This document shows, one piece after another, positions 26,820-38,359 of a DNA stretch of 64,000 nt. Within the stretch, counting starts at the first letter, position 1. The number at the start of each line of letters is the position of its first letter. Source of the DNA: Octopus sinensis (Eukaryota); the NCBI RefSeq assembly GCF_006345805.1, contig NC_043006.1:44950001-45014000 (forward strand). The letters are read 5' to 3'. The position numbers were made by a program, and so were the translations under genes. The notes below the pieces were generated by a model. The model saw nothing but the letters and a program-made list of their open reading frames with translations. It was not told the DNA's origin and ran no database searches.

Positions 26820-27389
26820 TATTATATATATAATATCATACAGATGATAGATGATAGATAGATAGATAGATAGATAGATACATTATATATTCCTTTCTCC
26901 AGATCAATGTAATTTATTTCGAAAAATTAGATACGGTTTCTGATATCTTTTCTGTTGGTGAATTGCAATAAACAGAATAGAATTTGCAAGTCATGCTAGA
27001 TATTTAAATAACAATAATCCTTTCTACAATTGGCACAAGGCCTGAAATTTCGTGCGAGCGTGAGAGTCGACTGTATCGACCTCTAGTACTAAATTAGTAC
27101 TTATTTTATCGATCCCGAAAGAGGAAGGGCAAAATCGACCTCGGTATAATTTAAACTCAAAACTTAAACTCAGAATAACTGCTGCTAAGCATTTTGTCCG
27201 ACGCGTTAAAGGTTCTGGCAGTTCACTGTCTTAATAACAGTAATAATAATAATAATCCTTGCTCAAATTTGAGGGAGGTGCCTAGTTGATTACATCAACC
27301 CCGGAGTTTCACTGGTACTTAATATAATCGACCCCTAAAGGATGAAAGGCAAAGTCGACCTCAGCAGAATTTGAAAGTAATAATAATAC

Positions 27390-27980
27390 TAATCCTTTTT
27401 ACTGAAAGCACAAAGCCTCAAATTTGTGGGAAGGGATTAAGTCGATCACATTGACTCCAGTGTGTGACAGGTACTTATTTAATCGACCCCGAAAAATGAA
27501 AGGCACAGACGATTTCGACGGAATTTGAACTCAGAACGTAGCCGCAGACGAAATACCTATTTCTTTACAATCCACAAGGGGCTAAACACAAGGGGCAAAC
27601 AAGAACCGACGAACGAATTATGCCGATTATATCGACCCCAGGGCGTAACTGGTACTTATTTAATCGACCCCGAAAGGATGAAAGGCAAAGTCGACCTCGG
27701 CGGAATTTGAACTCAGAACGTAGTGGTAGACGAAATACCTATTTCTATTTCTTTACTACCTACAAGGGGCTAAACACAGAGGGGACAAACAAGGACAGAC
27801 AAACGGATTAAGTCGATTATATCGACCCCAATGTGTAACTGGTACTTATTTAATCGACCCCGAAAGGATGAAAGGTAAAGTCGACCTCGGCGGAATTAGA
27901 ACTCAGAACGTAACAGCAGACGAAATACCGCTAAGCATTTCGCCCGGCGTGCTAACGCTTCGGCCAGCTCACCGCCTTAA
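27390..27980 (-). mobile_element. SINE family A multimer: head + 2 internal units + terminal module
   Basis: Three B-box segments joined at aaagaaatag|gtatttcgtc junctions. Confidence 0.85.
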
Positions 27981-28020
27981 CAACAACAACAACAACAATA
28001 ATAATAATAATGATAATAAC

Positions 28021-28070
<50 letters not shown>

Positions 28071-28080
28071 TGATGATGAT

Positions 28081-28690
28081 GAAACAATAGACCATCTCGT
28101 CTCGAGATATCCTGCACTGACACCAAACGAATACAAAAATCGCCACTATGACGTAGGACAGTATGTGCATTGGAAAATATGTAAACACTACAAAATGAAC
28201 ACTCTTGCTTACTTTTATGAATATCATCCTGAGCGAGTCGTCGAAGGTAAAAATGTTACTATCTTCTGGCTTTCCAGTCAATACTGACAGAACAATCAAG
28301 GCTAATCGACCAGACATAATTATTCAAGACGGGGAAGAAAATACTTGTAGACTAATAGATGTAAGTGTCCCCCACCGATAAAAATATATCTATCAGGGAA
28401 TTTGAGAAACTAAGTAAATATAAGGACCTGGAAATTAAAAAACAAAAGATGTGGCATCTTAAAACGAGATCTGTTCCTGTTAATGTAGGTGGCCGTGGTA
28501 TGATAAAAAAAGGGTGTCAGAAACATCAAGATAAGATCCCAGGAAAACCATGTCTCAGAGAAATACAAAAGATTGTGCTGCCAAGTACTGCCCACATCCT
28601 TAGAAAAAACCCTATCAATTTAAATATGTGTTGTATTAAATGAAGATAGCTTTCAGTCATACTGTAACATCTTTTATCCTTCACTCACCC
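28081..28690 (+). mobile_element. R4/Dong 3' fragment after an (AAT)n tract
   Basis: ETIDHLVS..EYKNRH..VGQYVHWKICKHY; ANRPDIII..LIDVSVPTD..KLSKYKDLE. Confidence 0.85.
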
Positions 28691-28794
28691 AAGGACGTTG
28701 GTTGTATCTCGACAAGTGACTGTAATAAAGATGCAGATTAAAAGTAAAATAGCAATAATAATGATGATGATGATGATGATAATAATAATAATAA

Positions 28795-28935
28795 TAGTAC
28801 TTCATATGAGATCACCATGTGGCGAACATGTGGTCGTAATGCATGTCCCTGATGTACACTTGTCAGACTGGATATACTGGGCTTCGTATATTTTATCCCA
28901 GCATCATTTTCATGGCATGCACTGCTTTCTCATGG
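28795..28935 (+). mobile_element. Family D, heavily 5'-truncated copy
   Basis: Diverged match to the last ~140 nt of family D (catggcatgcactgctttctca), between ATA-rich tracts. Confidence 0.7.
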
Positions 28936-29192
28936 TAGTAATGATAATAATAATTCCAAATTGTAGCACAACAGAGCCAATGGTTCTTTCTTCTTTTCTG
29001 TCTTTTTTTTTTTTTTTTTTTTTTTTTGAGGAGAGAATTAAGTCGATTACATTGAACCCCTGTACTTGAAATCTCGGCAGAATTTGAATTTAGAATTTAA
29101 AGCCAGAAGAGATGCTGCTAAACATTTTTCCCGGCGCGCCAACGATCTTGCTAGCTCGCCGCATTGTATAATACGTATTATACAACACACAC

Positions 29193-29231
<39 letters not shown>

Positions 29232-29359
29232 ACACATACATATACATTGTATGATAGCATAAAGTTTTGAAATTATATGTAGGTAGGTATGCTAATTAGC
29301 AAAAACCATAAATAAAAATGCACTGACTGCAATTAAGGTTATAGAAATCTTAGTTTGTT

Positions 29360-29654
29360 GTCTACTCTCTCTCTTTCTCTCTCTCTCTCTCTCTTTGTCC
29401 CTGTTTTTCGCTCTCTTTCTCTCTCTTTCTGACTGCCTACCTGCCTGCCTGTCTGTCTCTTTCTCTCTCTCTTTTTGTCCCTGTTTTTCGCTCTCTCTCA
29501 TTTTCTCCCTGTTTTTCGCTCTCTCTCATTTTGTCCCAGTTTTTCGCTCTCTTTCTCTCTTTCTGTCTATCTGTCTCTCTCTCTCTTTCTCTCTCTCCCT
29601 TTCTCCCTGTTTTCGCACTCTTTTTTCTCTCTCTCTTTGTCCCTGTTTTTCGCA

Positions 29655-29694
<40 letters not shown>

Positions 29695-29760
29695 GTCTCT
29701 CTCTCTCTCTCTCACGCTTTCTCTGTCTCTCTCTTTCTCTGACTCTCTTTCTCTTTTCGG
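29360..29760. repeat. Polypyrimidine (CT)n-rich minisatellite
   Basis: Recurrent tttgtccctgtttttcgctctct units within (CT)n. Confidence 0.85.
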
Positions 29761-29958
29761 TCTTTGGACTGCAGACACGCTGGAACACAACATTGAGACT
29801 TAAATCGATTCCAGTATTTATGTTTAAATATTTTTAAAACCTGTTACTCTGCTATCGATCTCATTTGCCGAACTACTAATGTTACGGGAATGTAAGTAAA
29901 CTAACACCGGATGTCAAGCAGTGTCGGTGTACAAACACAAAGACAAATTATATATGTG

Positions 29959-30040
<82 letters not shown>

Positions 30041-30044
30041 AAAG

Positions 30045-30246
30045 TAAGGGGGTTTAGTTCACAGGTGATCTAAACGATTAGGTACGCTAACTAAGTGCTG
30101 TAACGGATTACCAAGGGCTGATGACGGAATATCCCGTACTCGGAGATACCTCAGAAACAGCTGTAAGACTGAATTTTTTCCATTAATAATGTTGTATACG
30201 ACTTGAGATGTTTGCCTTGCCTTAATGTTGGTTGTCATCTTTAACA
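30045..30246 (+). mobile_element. Short element with a degenerate hammerhead-like motif (30118-30165), probably Penelope-related
   Basis: CTGATGA..stem-loop..GAAA-CAGCTG-TA; the family assignment is inferred from the motif only. Confidence 0.5.
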
Positions 30247-31141
30247 ATTATATATATATATATATATACTCTTTTACTCTTTTACTTGTTTCAGTCATTT
30301 GACTGCGGCCATGCTGGAGCACCGCCTTTAGTCGAGCAAATCGACCCCAGAACTTATTCTTTGGAAGCCTAGTACTTATTCTATCCGTCTCTTTTTACAC
30401 TGATCCCAGTGCATAACAGGTACTTAATCTATCGACCCCGAAAGGATGAAAGGCAAAGTCAACCTCGGCGGAATTTGAACTCACAACGTAGCGGTAGACG
30501 AAATACCTATTTCTTTACTACCCACAAGGGGCTAACATAAAGACAGACGAAAAGCCGCTAATATTTTGCCCTGGCAGAATCGTTAGCACGCCGGGCGAAA
30601 TGCTTAGCAGTATTTCGTCCTGAGTTCAAATGCCACCGAGGTAGACTTTGCCTTTCATCCTTTCGGGGTCGATTAAATAAGTACCAGTTACACAATGGGG
30701 TCGGTGTAATCGACTTAATCCCTTTGTCCTTGTTTGTTCCCTCTGTGTTTAGCCCCCTGTGGGCAATAAAGAAATTTATATTTTGCCCGGCGTGCTAACG
30801 ATTCTGCCAGCTCACCGCCCCAACCCACCGTTGGGGGGGGGGGGTTGATGAAATTAATTGATCTGTGTCTATTTTTGTTTGCCTTTTCTGTTTGTTATGT
30901 TGCAGGTTCTTCACCACTTTTTGAATTTCCTCTCCAGCGTATACAAACATACATCGTAACTGATTTGTTTTCTCTCGCTGACTCACGTTATCTTTCTCCC
31001 GCTCTATTCTTCTTCCTCACCTTCTCACTATCTTTCACTTGCTCTACCTCACTCCCTCTCTCACTATCTTTCTCTCGCTCTATCTTGCACCTCACCTTTC
31101 TCTAGATCTTTTTTACTTTCTCCTTTCATTATATTACACGC

Positions 31142-31522
31142 AGTGGAGGCGCAATGGCCCAGTGGTTAGGGCAGCGTACTCGCGATGGTAGGATCGCGGT
31201 TTCGATTCCCAGATCAGGAGTTGTGAGTGTTTATTGAGCGAAAACATCTAAAATTGCACGAGGATCCGGCAGTGGGTGGTGGCGAACTTTGCTGTACTCC
31301 TACCCCACAACTTTATCTCACTCTTTCTTCCTGTTTCTGTTGTACCTTTATTTCAAAAGGTCAGCCTTGTCACACTCTGTATCACGCTGAATCTCCCTGA
31401 GAACTACATTAAGGGTACACGTATCTGTGGAGTGCTCAGCCACTTCCACGTTAATTTCACGAGCAGTCTGTTCCATTGATCGGATCAACTGGAACACTCG
31501 TCGTCGTAACCGACGGAGTGCC
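31142..31522 (+). mobile_element. SINE family B
   Basis: Colinear with 9712-10093, more diverged. Confidence 0.88.
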
Positions 31523-31967
31523 ACGATATTACCCGCTCCTGTTGATATCTATCACACCTTTCTGACAGCCTTTTGTCTTACGAGCGTCACACTGACCACA
31601 CGTGGCCCATATTTCTTCCTGTTCATTTTGTCTACTTAGACAAAAGACTTTGTTTTTTTTTTTATTTATTCTAATATTTTCCGTGTTTGTCTCTGTCCCG
31701 TATTGAAAAATAGCTTTGCTTTTATCTGTATTTGTTTGATGTAAAATGTTCGGCATGTTCCGTCGAAATACTGCTATTGTACCTGTGTCCATTGAATATT
31801 TTGTTTAATTGTTCTGTTGAACGATCAACATAAATCAAGTTGTGTTTGGCGAATTCTACTGCAACACCTTTGTGACAGCTTTTTGTCTTACGATCGCCGC
31901 ACAGACCTCGTGTCTAATATTTCCTTCTGTTGAAAAACAACTTTGCTTTCATCTGTACTTGTTCCAC

Positions 31968-32042
<75 letters not shown>

Positions 32043-32252
32043 GGAGGTGCGTGGCCAAATGGTTAGGGTGTTGCACTTACGATTGCAAGACCGTGGGTTC
32101 AAATCTCGCACCGGAATTGTTTCAAGTTTATTGCAGCTAATTTAAGAACTGAAATATTTAAAATAGTGATAAAATAAATTGTTTATTTCACGTCAGAGAA
32201 AAGCATATAATTTTACTCTGAAGTACGCTAGACTTAGTGGAAATTTTGTCAA

Positions 32253-32825
32253 CGTTCTGAGTTCAAATTCCGCCGAGGTCAACTTTGCCTTTTCGGGGTT
32301 GATAAATCAAGTACCAGTTTCGGGGTCGATTGAATAAGTACCAGTTATGTACTGGGATCGATACAATCGACTTAATCTCTTTGTCTGTCCTTGTTTGTCC
32401 CCTCTATGTTTAGCCCCTTGTGGGCAATAAAGAAATAAGAAACGTTAGCACGCCGGTCGAAATGCTTCGCGGTATTTCGTCTGCCGCTACGTTCCGAGTC
32501 CAAATTCCGCCGAGGTCGACTTTGCCTTTCACCCTCTCGGGGTCGATTAAATAAGTACCAGTTACGCCCTGGGGTCGATATAATCGACTTAATCCGTTTG
32601 TCTGTCCTTGTTTGTCCTCTCTGTGTTTAGCCCCTTGTGTGTAGTAAAGAAATAGGTATTTTATATGTCTTTACGTTCTGTGTTCAAATTCCGCCGAGGT
32701 CGACTTTACCTGTCATCCTTTCGGGGTCGATAAATTAAGTATCAGTTGCGAACTGGGCTTGATCTAATTGACTGCCCCCGCCTCTCCAAACATTTCTGGT
32801 CTTGTGCCTAGAGTAGAATAGATTA
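32253..32825 (+). mobile_element. SINE family A multimer (5'-truncated; 3 B-box segments)
   Basis: Junctions aaagaaataag|aaacgttagc and aaagaaatag|gtattt; ends with the terminal module. Confidence 0.85.
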
Positions 32826-33383
32826 CAACACTCACTTCTGTGAAGGAAACACCATTATAAATAGTTGTAGAAATGAGAGACAGAGACAGAAACGGACAGA
32901 CAGAGACAGAAAGTACACACAAAATGTACGTGAGCGGAAAACTTATATGAGTTGCTGAACGTCTTCAGCCCAATAGTCCTGATGAATTTCTTGTTTGGAT
33001 GCTGCGAAGATTGACTGTCCCTGGGTGCAGTGATCCTTTGTGAGTATCACCGGCGTTTTGATAATGACAATGTTGATGGTTAAGACGACGATCACCACGA
33101 CCATGACGACGATGAAGATGGTGATGATGACGACAATGAAGAAGATGATGGTGATAATAATAATGGTTTCGAATTTTGGCACAAGGCCAGTATGCTTGGT
33201 GGGGGAGGATGTAAGTCGATTACATCGATAATAAGTTCGCAACTGGTACTTATGATATCGATCCCGAAAGGATGAAAGGTAAAGTCGACCCCGGCAAGAT
33301 TTGAACTCAGAGCGTAAACACGGACGAAACGCCACTAAGCATATTGCCCGGAGTGGTAACAATTCTGCCAGCTCACTGCCTTG

Positions 33384-33469
<86 letters not shown>

Positions 33470-33518
33470 AAGAAGAAGAAGAAGAACAACAACAACAACA
33501 ACAACAACAATAATAATG

Positions 33519-33905
33519 ATTCTCTGGAACCTCCCCATACATACCGACAAAATTATAAAAGCTAATAAACCGGATATTATTATAAAAGATCAGACAGAAA
33601 AGGTGTGTTTATTAATTGACATGAGTATTCGTTGCGATCACAATATAGCGGCGAAAGATTTTGAAAAGATCAGTAAATATAAAGACTTGCTAATAGAAAT
33701 TGAAAAAATGTGGCACCTCAGGGCGACTACAGTACCAGTGATTGTTGGATCTCTAGGAATGATAAAAAAAAAAAAAAGGTACTGAAACCTATCTGAAAAT
33801 GATCCCAGGCTTACCACCCCTACAAGAAGTGCAAAAAATCGTACTAACTGGAAATGATCCCAGGCTTACCACCCCTACAGGAAGTGCAAAAGATCGTACT
33901 AACTG
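33519..33905 (+). mobile_element. R4/Dong RLE fragment after a compound (AAT)(AAG)(AAC) tract
   Basis: ILWNLPIHTDKIIKANKPDIIIKD..LIDMSI..ISKYKDLL; a ~54-bp tandem duplication at 33799-33905. Confidence 0.85.
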
Positions 33906-33987
33906 GAACGACGAGAAATGGAAGAAAAATTGAAGAAAGACGAAAAACAACAACAATAACAACGACAACAACAACAACAACAACAAC

Positions 33988-34036
<49 letters not shown>

Positions 34037-34121
34037 TAATAATAATAATGTTTCTTTGCCCTAGGAGTCGGGAAGACACTCGGCAAGAAATGGAAGCAAA
34101 TTTGAAAGAAGAAAACAAAAA

Positions 34122-34160
<39 letters not shown>

Positions 34161-34180
34161 TAATAATAATAATAATAATA

Positions 34181-34666
34181 AATGCCCTGATGCACTACCA
34201 TGCACTGGTTGTCATGGCTTCTGATCTTGGAAGTGTTATGTATATGCTTGTTAGCTGTTTGACCTTAAACAGTTGACCATGTTCCTAGTGGCTGACGATA
34301 CGTGCATCTCTAATCACGAGCAGAAATACTGGAGGAGCATAATAGCCATGTGTTGAGAGGAATTCTTTGGTGGTTTGAATAATTCACCTCTGGAAACAAG
34401 GGCCTTTCGTTCAACACCCTTAAACAACCCTTATTCAGGGACGTTTTGAGCAGGATGGGCTACTTGACTTCAAGAAACTTCTAACTGGGTCCCACCTGCA
34501 AGGTCATGTGCTGTTTATTTTTATATGAGATCACCGTATCGCGCTCATATGGTTGTTATGCATGTGCCTAGTGTACCTTTATCAGACGGGTAATCATGAT
34601 GGGTATACTGGGCTTCATATATCTTACCCCAGTGTCACTTTGATGGCATGCACTGCTCTCTCACTC
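34181..34666 (+). mobile_element. Family D, copy 3 (internal deletion)
   Basis: aatgccctgatgcactacc...ctctctcactc|aataat, flanked by (AAT)n. Confidence 0.85.
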
Positions 34667-34686
34667 AATAATAATAATAATAATAA

Positions 34687-34729
<43 letters not shown>

Positions 34730-35229
34730 TTTTCTATTCTAGGCACGAGGCCCGAAATTTGGCAGGAGGGGACCAGTCAACGAGATCGACCCAGTACGCA
34801 ACTGGTACTTAATTTATCAACCCTGAAAGGATGAAAGGTAAAGTCGACCTCGGCAGAGTTTGAATTCAGGACGTATCGGTAGACGAAGTACAGCTAAACA
34901 TTTCACTTTCATATTCCACATTTTGAATATTTCAATTTCGTGGTTTTTGTACATTGAAAATTTCTCTATTATTTTGGATAATCTTTTGAAAGGACTGTAA
35001 TGTCTATCAGTAAGCAGATGCTTTTTTTTCCAATCCTTGATTATTATGTTTGGGCGATTAGCTTTTATTTCTTTGTCAGTTAGAATAGGTACATCTCAGA
35101 TTGTGGCCTGGTCGTTGTCACGTACCATATTTGGCACATGTTTCTTTATTCATTTATTTATTATTCCTTCGTAACACAGTGTAGGTAAAAATGCACCGAG
35201 TCTTTAATTCTCTGTCAAATCACAACAGG

Positions 35230-35700
35230 GACCTCGGACAGATAATACTTTCATACATATGTGCGCTGTCCCAATAAGGCTGCTTTTTGCAAGACATTAA
35301 TCTTGCAAGGGATTGCCATTTGTCTTAAGAAGTCTTGAAGTTTCAATGGGATTGAGCACAACGCTTCGATCACCACTGGTACCACTTTTACATTACCCTC
35401 TCGCATTCCATTTCCACTTTCAATTCGGAGTACTTGGTGATTTTTTTCAATCTCTTTACTAACAACATTCATGTCATTTGGTCTGGCTACATCAATGATC
35501 TGACAGTATTTGTATTTCTTATTCAATATAATAATATCCGGCCGACGGTGTTCGATTACACGATCCGTTTGAAAACCATAGTTCCAGAGCATCGTTACTT
35601 TTCTATCATCCTGCATAACTTTACTTGGTACATTCTCATACCAGTTCTCTGTTACTTCATATTGGTATTTACGGCATAAGAGCCAATGAAAATACACACA
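35230..35700 (-). mobile_element. R4/Dong RLE fragment
   Basis: HWLLCRKY..LWNYGFQTDRVIEHRRPDIIIL..IIDVA; begins directly after an (AAT)n tract on the minus strand. Confidence 0.85.
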
Positions 35701-35726
35701 CTATTATTATTATTATTATTATTATT

Positions 35727-36169
35727 GAGTGAGAGAGCAGTTCATGCCATCAAAGTGACACTGGGGTAAATATACGAAGCCCAATATACCCATCATGACT
35801 ACCCGTCTGATAAAGGTACACCAGGCACATGCATCACAACCATATGTGCGCGACATGGTGATCTCATATCAAGATAAACAGCACATGACCTGCAGTTGGG
35901 CCAGTTAGAATTTTCTTCAGGTTGAGTAGCCCATCCCGCTCAAAAGGTCCCTGAATAAGGGTTGCTTTAGGATGTTGAACGAAACACCTATGTTTCCAGA
36001 GGTGAATTATTCAAACTCCAAAGAATCCTCTCAACACATGGCCATGATGCTCCCCCACTACTTCTGCTCGTGATCAGAGATGCACGTATTGTCAGCCACT
36101 AGGGACATGCTCAACTGGTTAAGGTCAAACAACTGACAAGCAAATCTGTGGTATTGAGCAGAATATTTG
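35727..36169 (-). mobile_element. Family D, copy 4 (5'-truncated)
   Basis: Same 3' end ctctcactc|aataat; 5' end cut directly into (AAT)n. Confidence 0.85.
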
Positions 36170-36241
36170 TATTATTATTATTATTATTTTATTATTATTA
36201 TTATTATTATTATTATCATTATTATTATTATTATTATTATT

Positions 36242-37000
36242 ACGGCGGCGAGCTGGGAGAATTGTTAGCATGCTGAATGAAATGATTAGTGGTATTTCAC
36301 CCGTGCCTACGTTCTGAGTTCAAATACCGCCGAGGTTGGCTTTGCCTTTTATCTTTTCGTGGTCGATAAATTAAGTACCAGTGAAATACTGCGATTAATG
36401 TAATCGACTACACCCCTCCCCCAAATCTCAAGCCTTGTGCCTTTAGTAGAAAGGATTATTATTATTAAGGCGGCGAGCTGGCAGAATAGTTAGCACGTCG
36501 GGCGAAATGCCTAGCGGCATTTCGTCAGTCGCAACGTTCTGAGTTCAAATTCCACCGAGGTCGACTTTGCCTTTCATCCTTTCGGGGTTGATAGATTAAG
36601 CACCAGTTGAGTACTGGGATCGATGTAATCGACTATTCCCATCCCCAAAATTTCAGGCCTTGTGCCTAGAGCAGAAATAATAATAATTATTATTACTATT
36701 ACTACTAAGGCGGCGAGCTGGCAGAAGATCAGCACGTTGGACAAAATGTGGTATTTCTTCCGGGTTTACGTTTAAAAACCGAAATCCCACCCAAATCGAC
36801 TCCGCTGAGGCTGCAAGCTGGCAGAATCGTTACCGCACCGGACAAAGGCTTGGCGGCATTTCGTTCGTCTTTACGTTCTATGTTCAAATCCTACCGATGT
36901 CGACTTTACCTTTCATCCTATCGGGGCACTCGGGTCGATGTAATCGACGATCTCACTCTCAGAAAATTTTCAAGCCTTGTGTCTATAGTAGAAAATATCA
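36242..37000 (+). mobile_element. Cluster of 3-4 head-to-tail SINE-A monomers separated by short (ATT)n
   Basis: Heads at ~36243, ~36468 and ~36708, each preceded by attattatt; directly downstream of the TM1 exon donor. Confidence 0.8.
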
Positions 37001-37072
37001 TTATCATCATTATAGTGGCGTTGTGTAACAGAAATTGAAAAAGGATGATGCAAGAAAATGTTTGCTACTTAC

Positions 37073-37490
37073 CGCCACCATTACGGTAACATAAATAAGG
37101 AAATCTCCACACATTGGCAAGATCGACTGCAAAACCTATAATTGATAAAAGGAAATCTATTGTACCTCCCCATGTTTCTCGTTTTGTAGTATCTTGCATA
37201 TGACTCGGACCCGAGCATATAGTTTTCTCTACATCTTTATCTATGAGCGTCTGCTCTCCATCAGACGAGACACAGCCTGTCCTCGCTTCCGGACAATAAG
37301 TGTCTGTACCCGTCTTAGAAATCGGATTGAATAACGGACCATTGCTTCCAGAATTTTCCCCTGATGCCTCCAAAATAGGCTGCTTTGACTTCAGCTCGAT
37401 GTCGTTTCCGTTCATTTGGGATTCACTTGAGTCCTTTGTGATATTAGCAGAAGATACCGGGGCCGTCAACGTGGAGGAATTGTCTTTTCC
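37073..37490 (-). CDS. SLC6 monoamine transporter (DAT/NET/octopamine-transporter-like), coding exon: N-terminal tail + TM1
   Basis: Acceptor ttgtttttgcag|GGA, donor GGCG|gtaagt; 418 nt, open frame. Encodes [37 protein letters not shown], the SLC6 TM1 signature with the monoamine-binding Asp. Start codon not established. Confidence 0.95.
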
Positions 37491-38129
37491 CTGCAAAAAC
37501 AAAATATCAAATTGTTATTTCGTTGTTTACATTAGTTGTTTGGGCTTCGTAACCCAGTGAGTTATGAATCTCAAATTTCATTACTTATTCATTTATTGAA
37601 CTACGTGCAAGTCAGATTAGAATCGCTCTGATCACCTTCCAAGAGTATTCAGCAATAAAACAAAATAAATACTGCTCATTCTTTTTACAGTGGTGAGATA
37701 TTTAACTATAATTTTTACATCTCGAAAGAGTTAGTTTTCCCACTGAGAGCTAAATGTCTTACGAACATTTAGCGGTGTTGCAGGGAAGATACTATGTGAG
37801 AACATATCTTTCAGTATGGCAGATTTCATATGAATGTGAGGACTCAGATCAACAATGATGTATAACTGGGAAATTTTTATGTTCATAGATGAACGCTACC
37901 ACTACGGACTATCAGTTCGTACAAATTAATAATAATTAAATAACAAACCATTAACCTTTCTAATAATCTGGTTGCTGTTACCGTCATTATGATGTTGATT
38001 TTTTTTTCTATACAAGTACTATTATGAGACAGATGGAAGCCAATTCAATTCTCTTTCATTTATGAATGAAGGCCAATATTCTGATATCAAATGTTGACCT
38101 CTGATAAATTATTAGCGCTTATTTTAGAG

Positions 38130-38359
38130 CAGTGCTTCTCAATCTGGATCCAAATGGCTCTTGGGGGTCCCTGTAAGATTTTATTGTTTAAAATTTATAT
38201 GAAATAAATTGGTTATATTTCTACAATGCACAAAATATTAAAATATTTTTTTATACAATTCCTAATTGGAGTTTTTAGACATGAAATGATTATGAGGGTC
38301 CCCTGAGTAAAATAAGAATAAAACGGGGTCCATAGGCACAAAGTGGTTGAGAAGCAGTG
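38130..38359. mobile_element. hAT MITE (230 bp) with perfect 8-bp TSD
   Basis: TIRs cagtgcttctcaa / ttgagaagcagtg; TSD ttttagag at 38122-38129 and 38360-38367. Confidence 0.92.
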
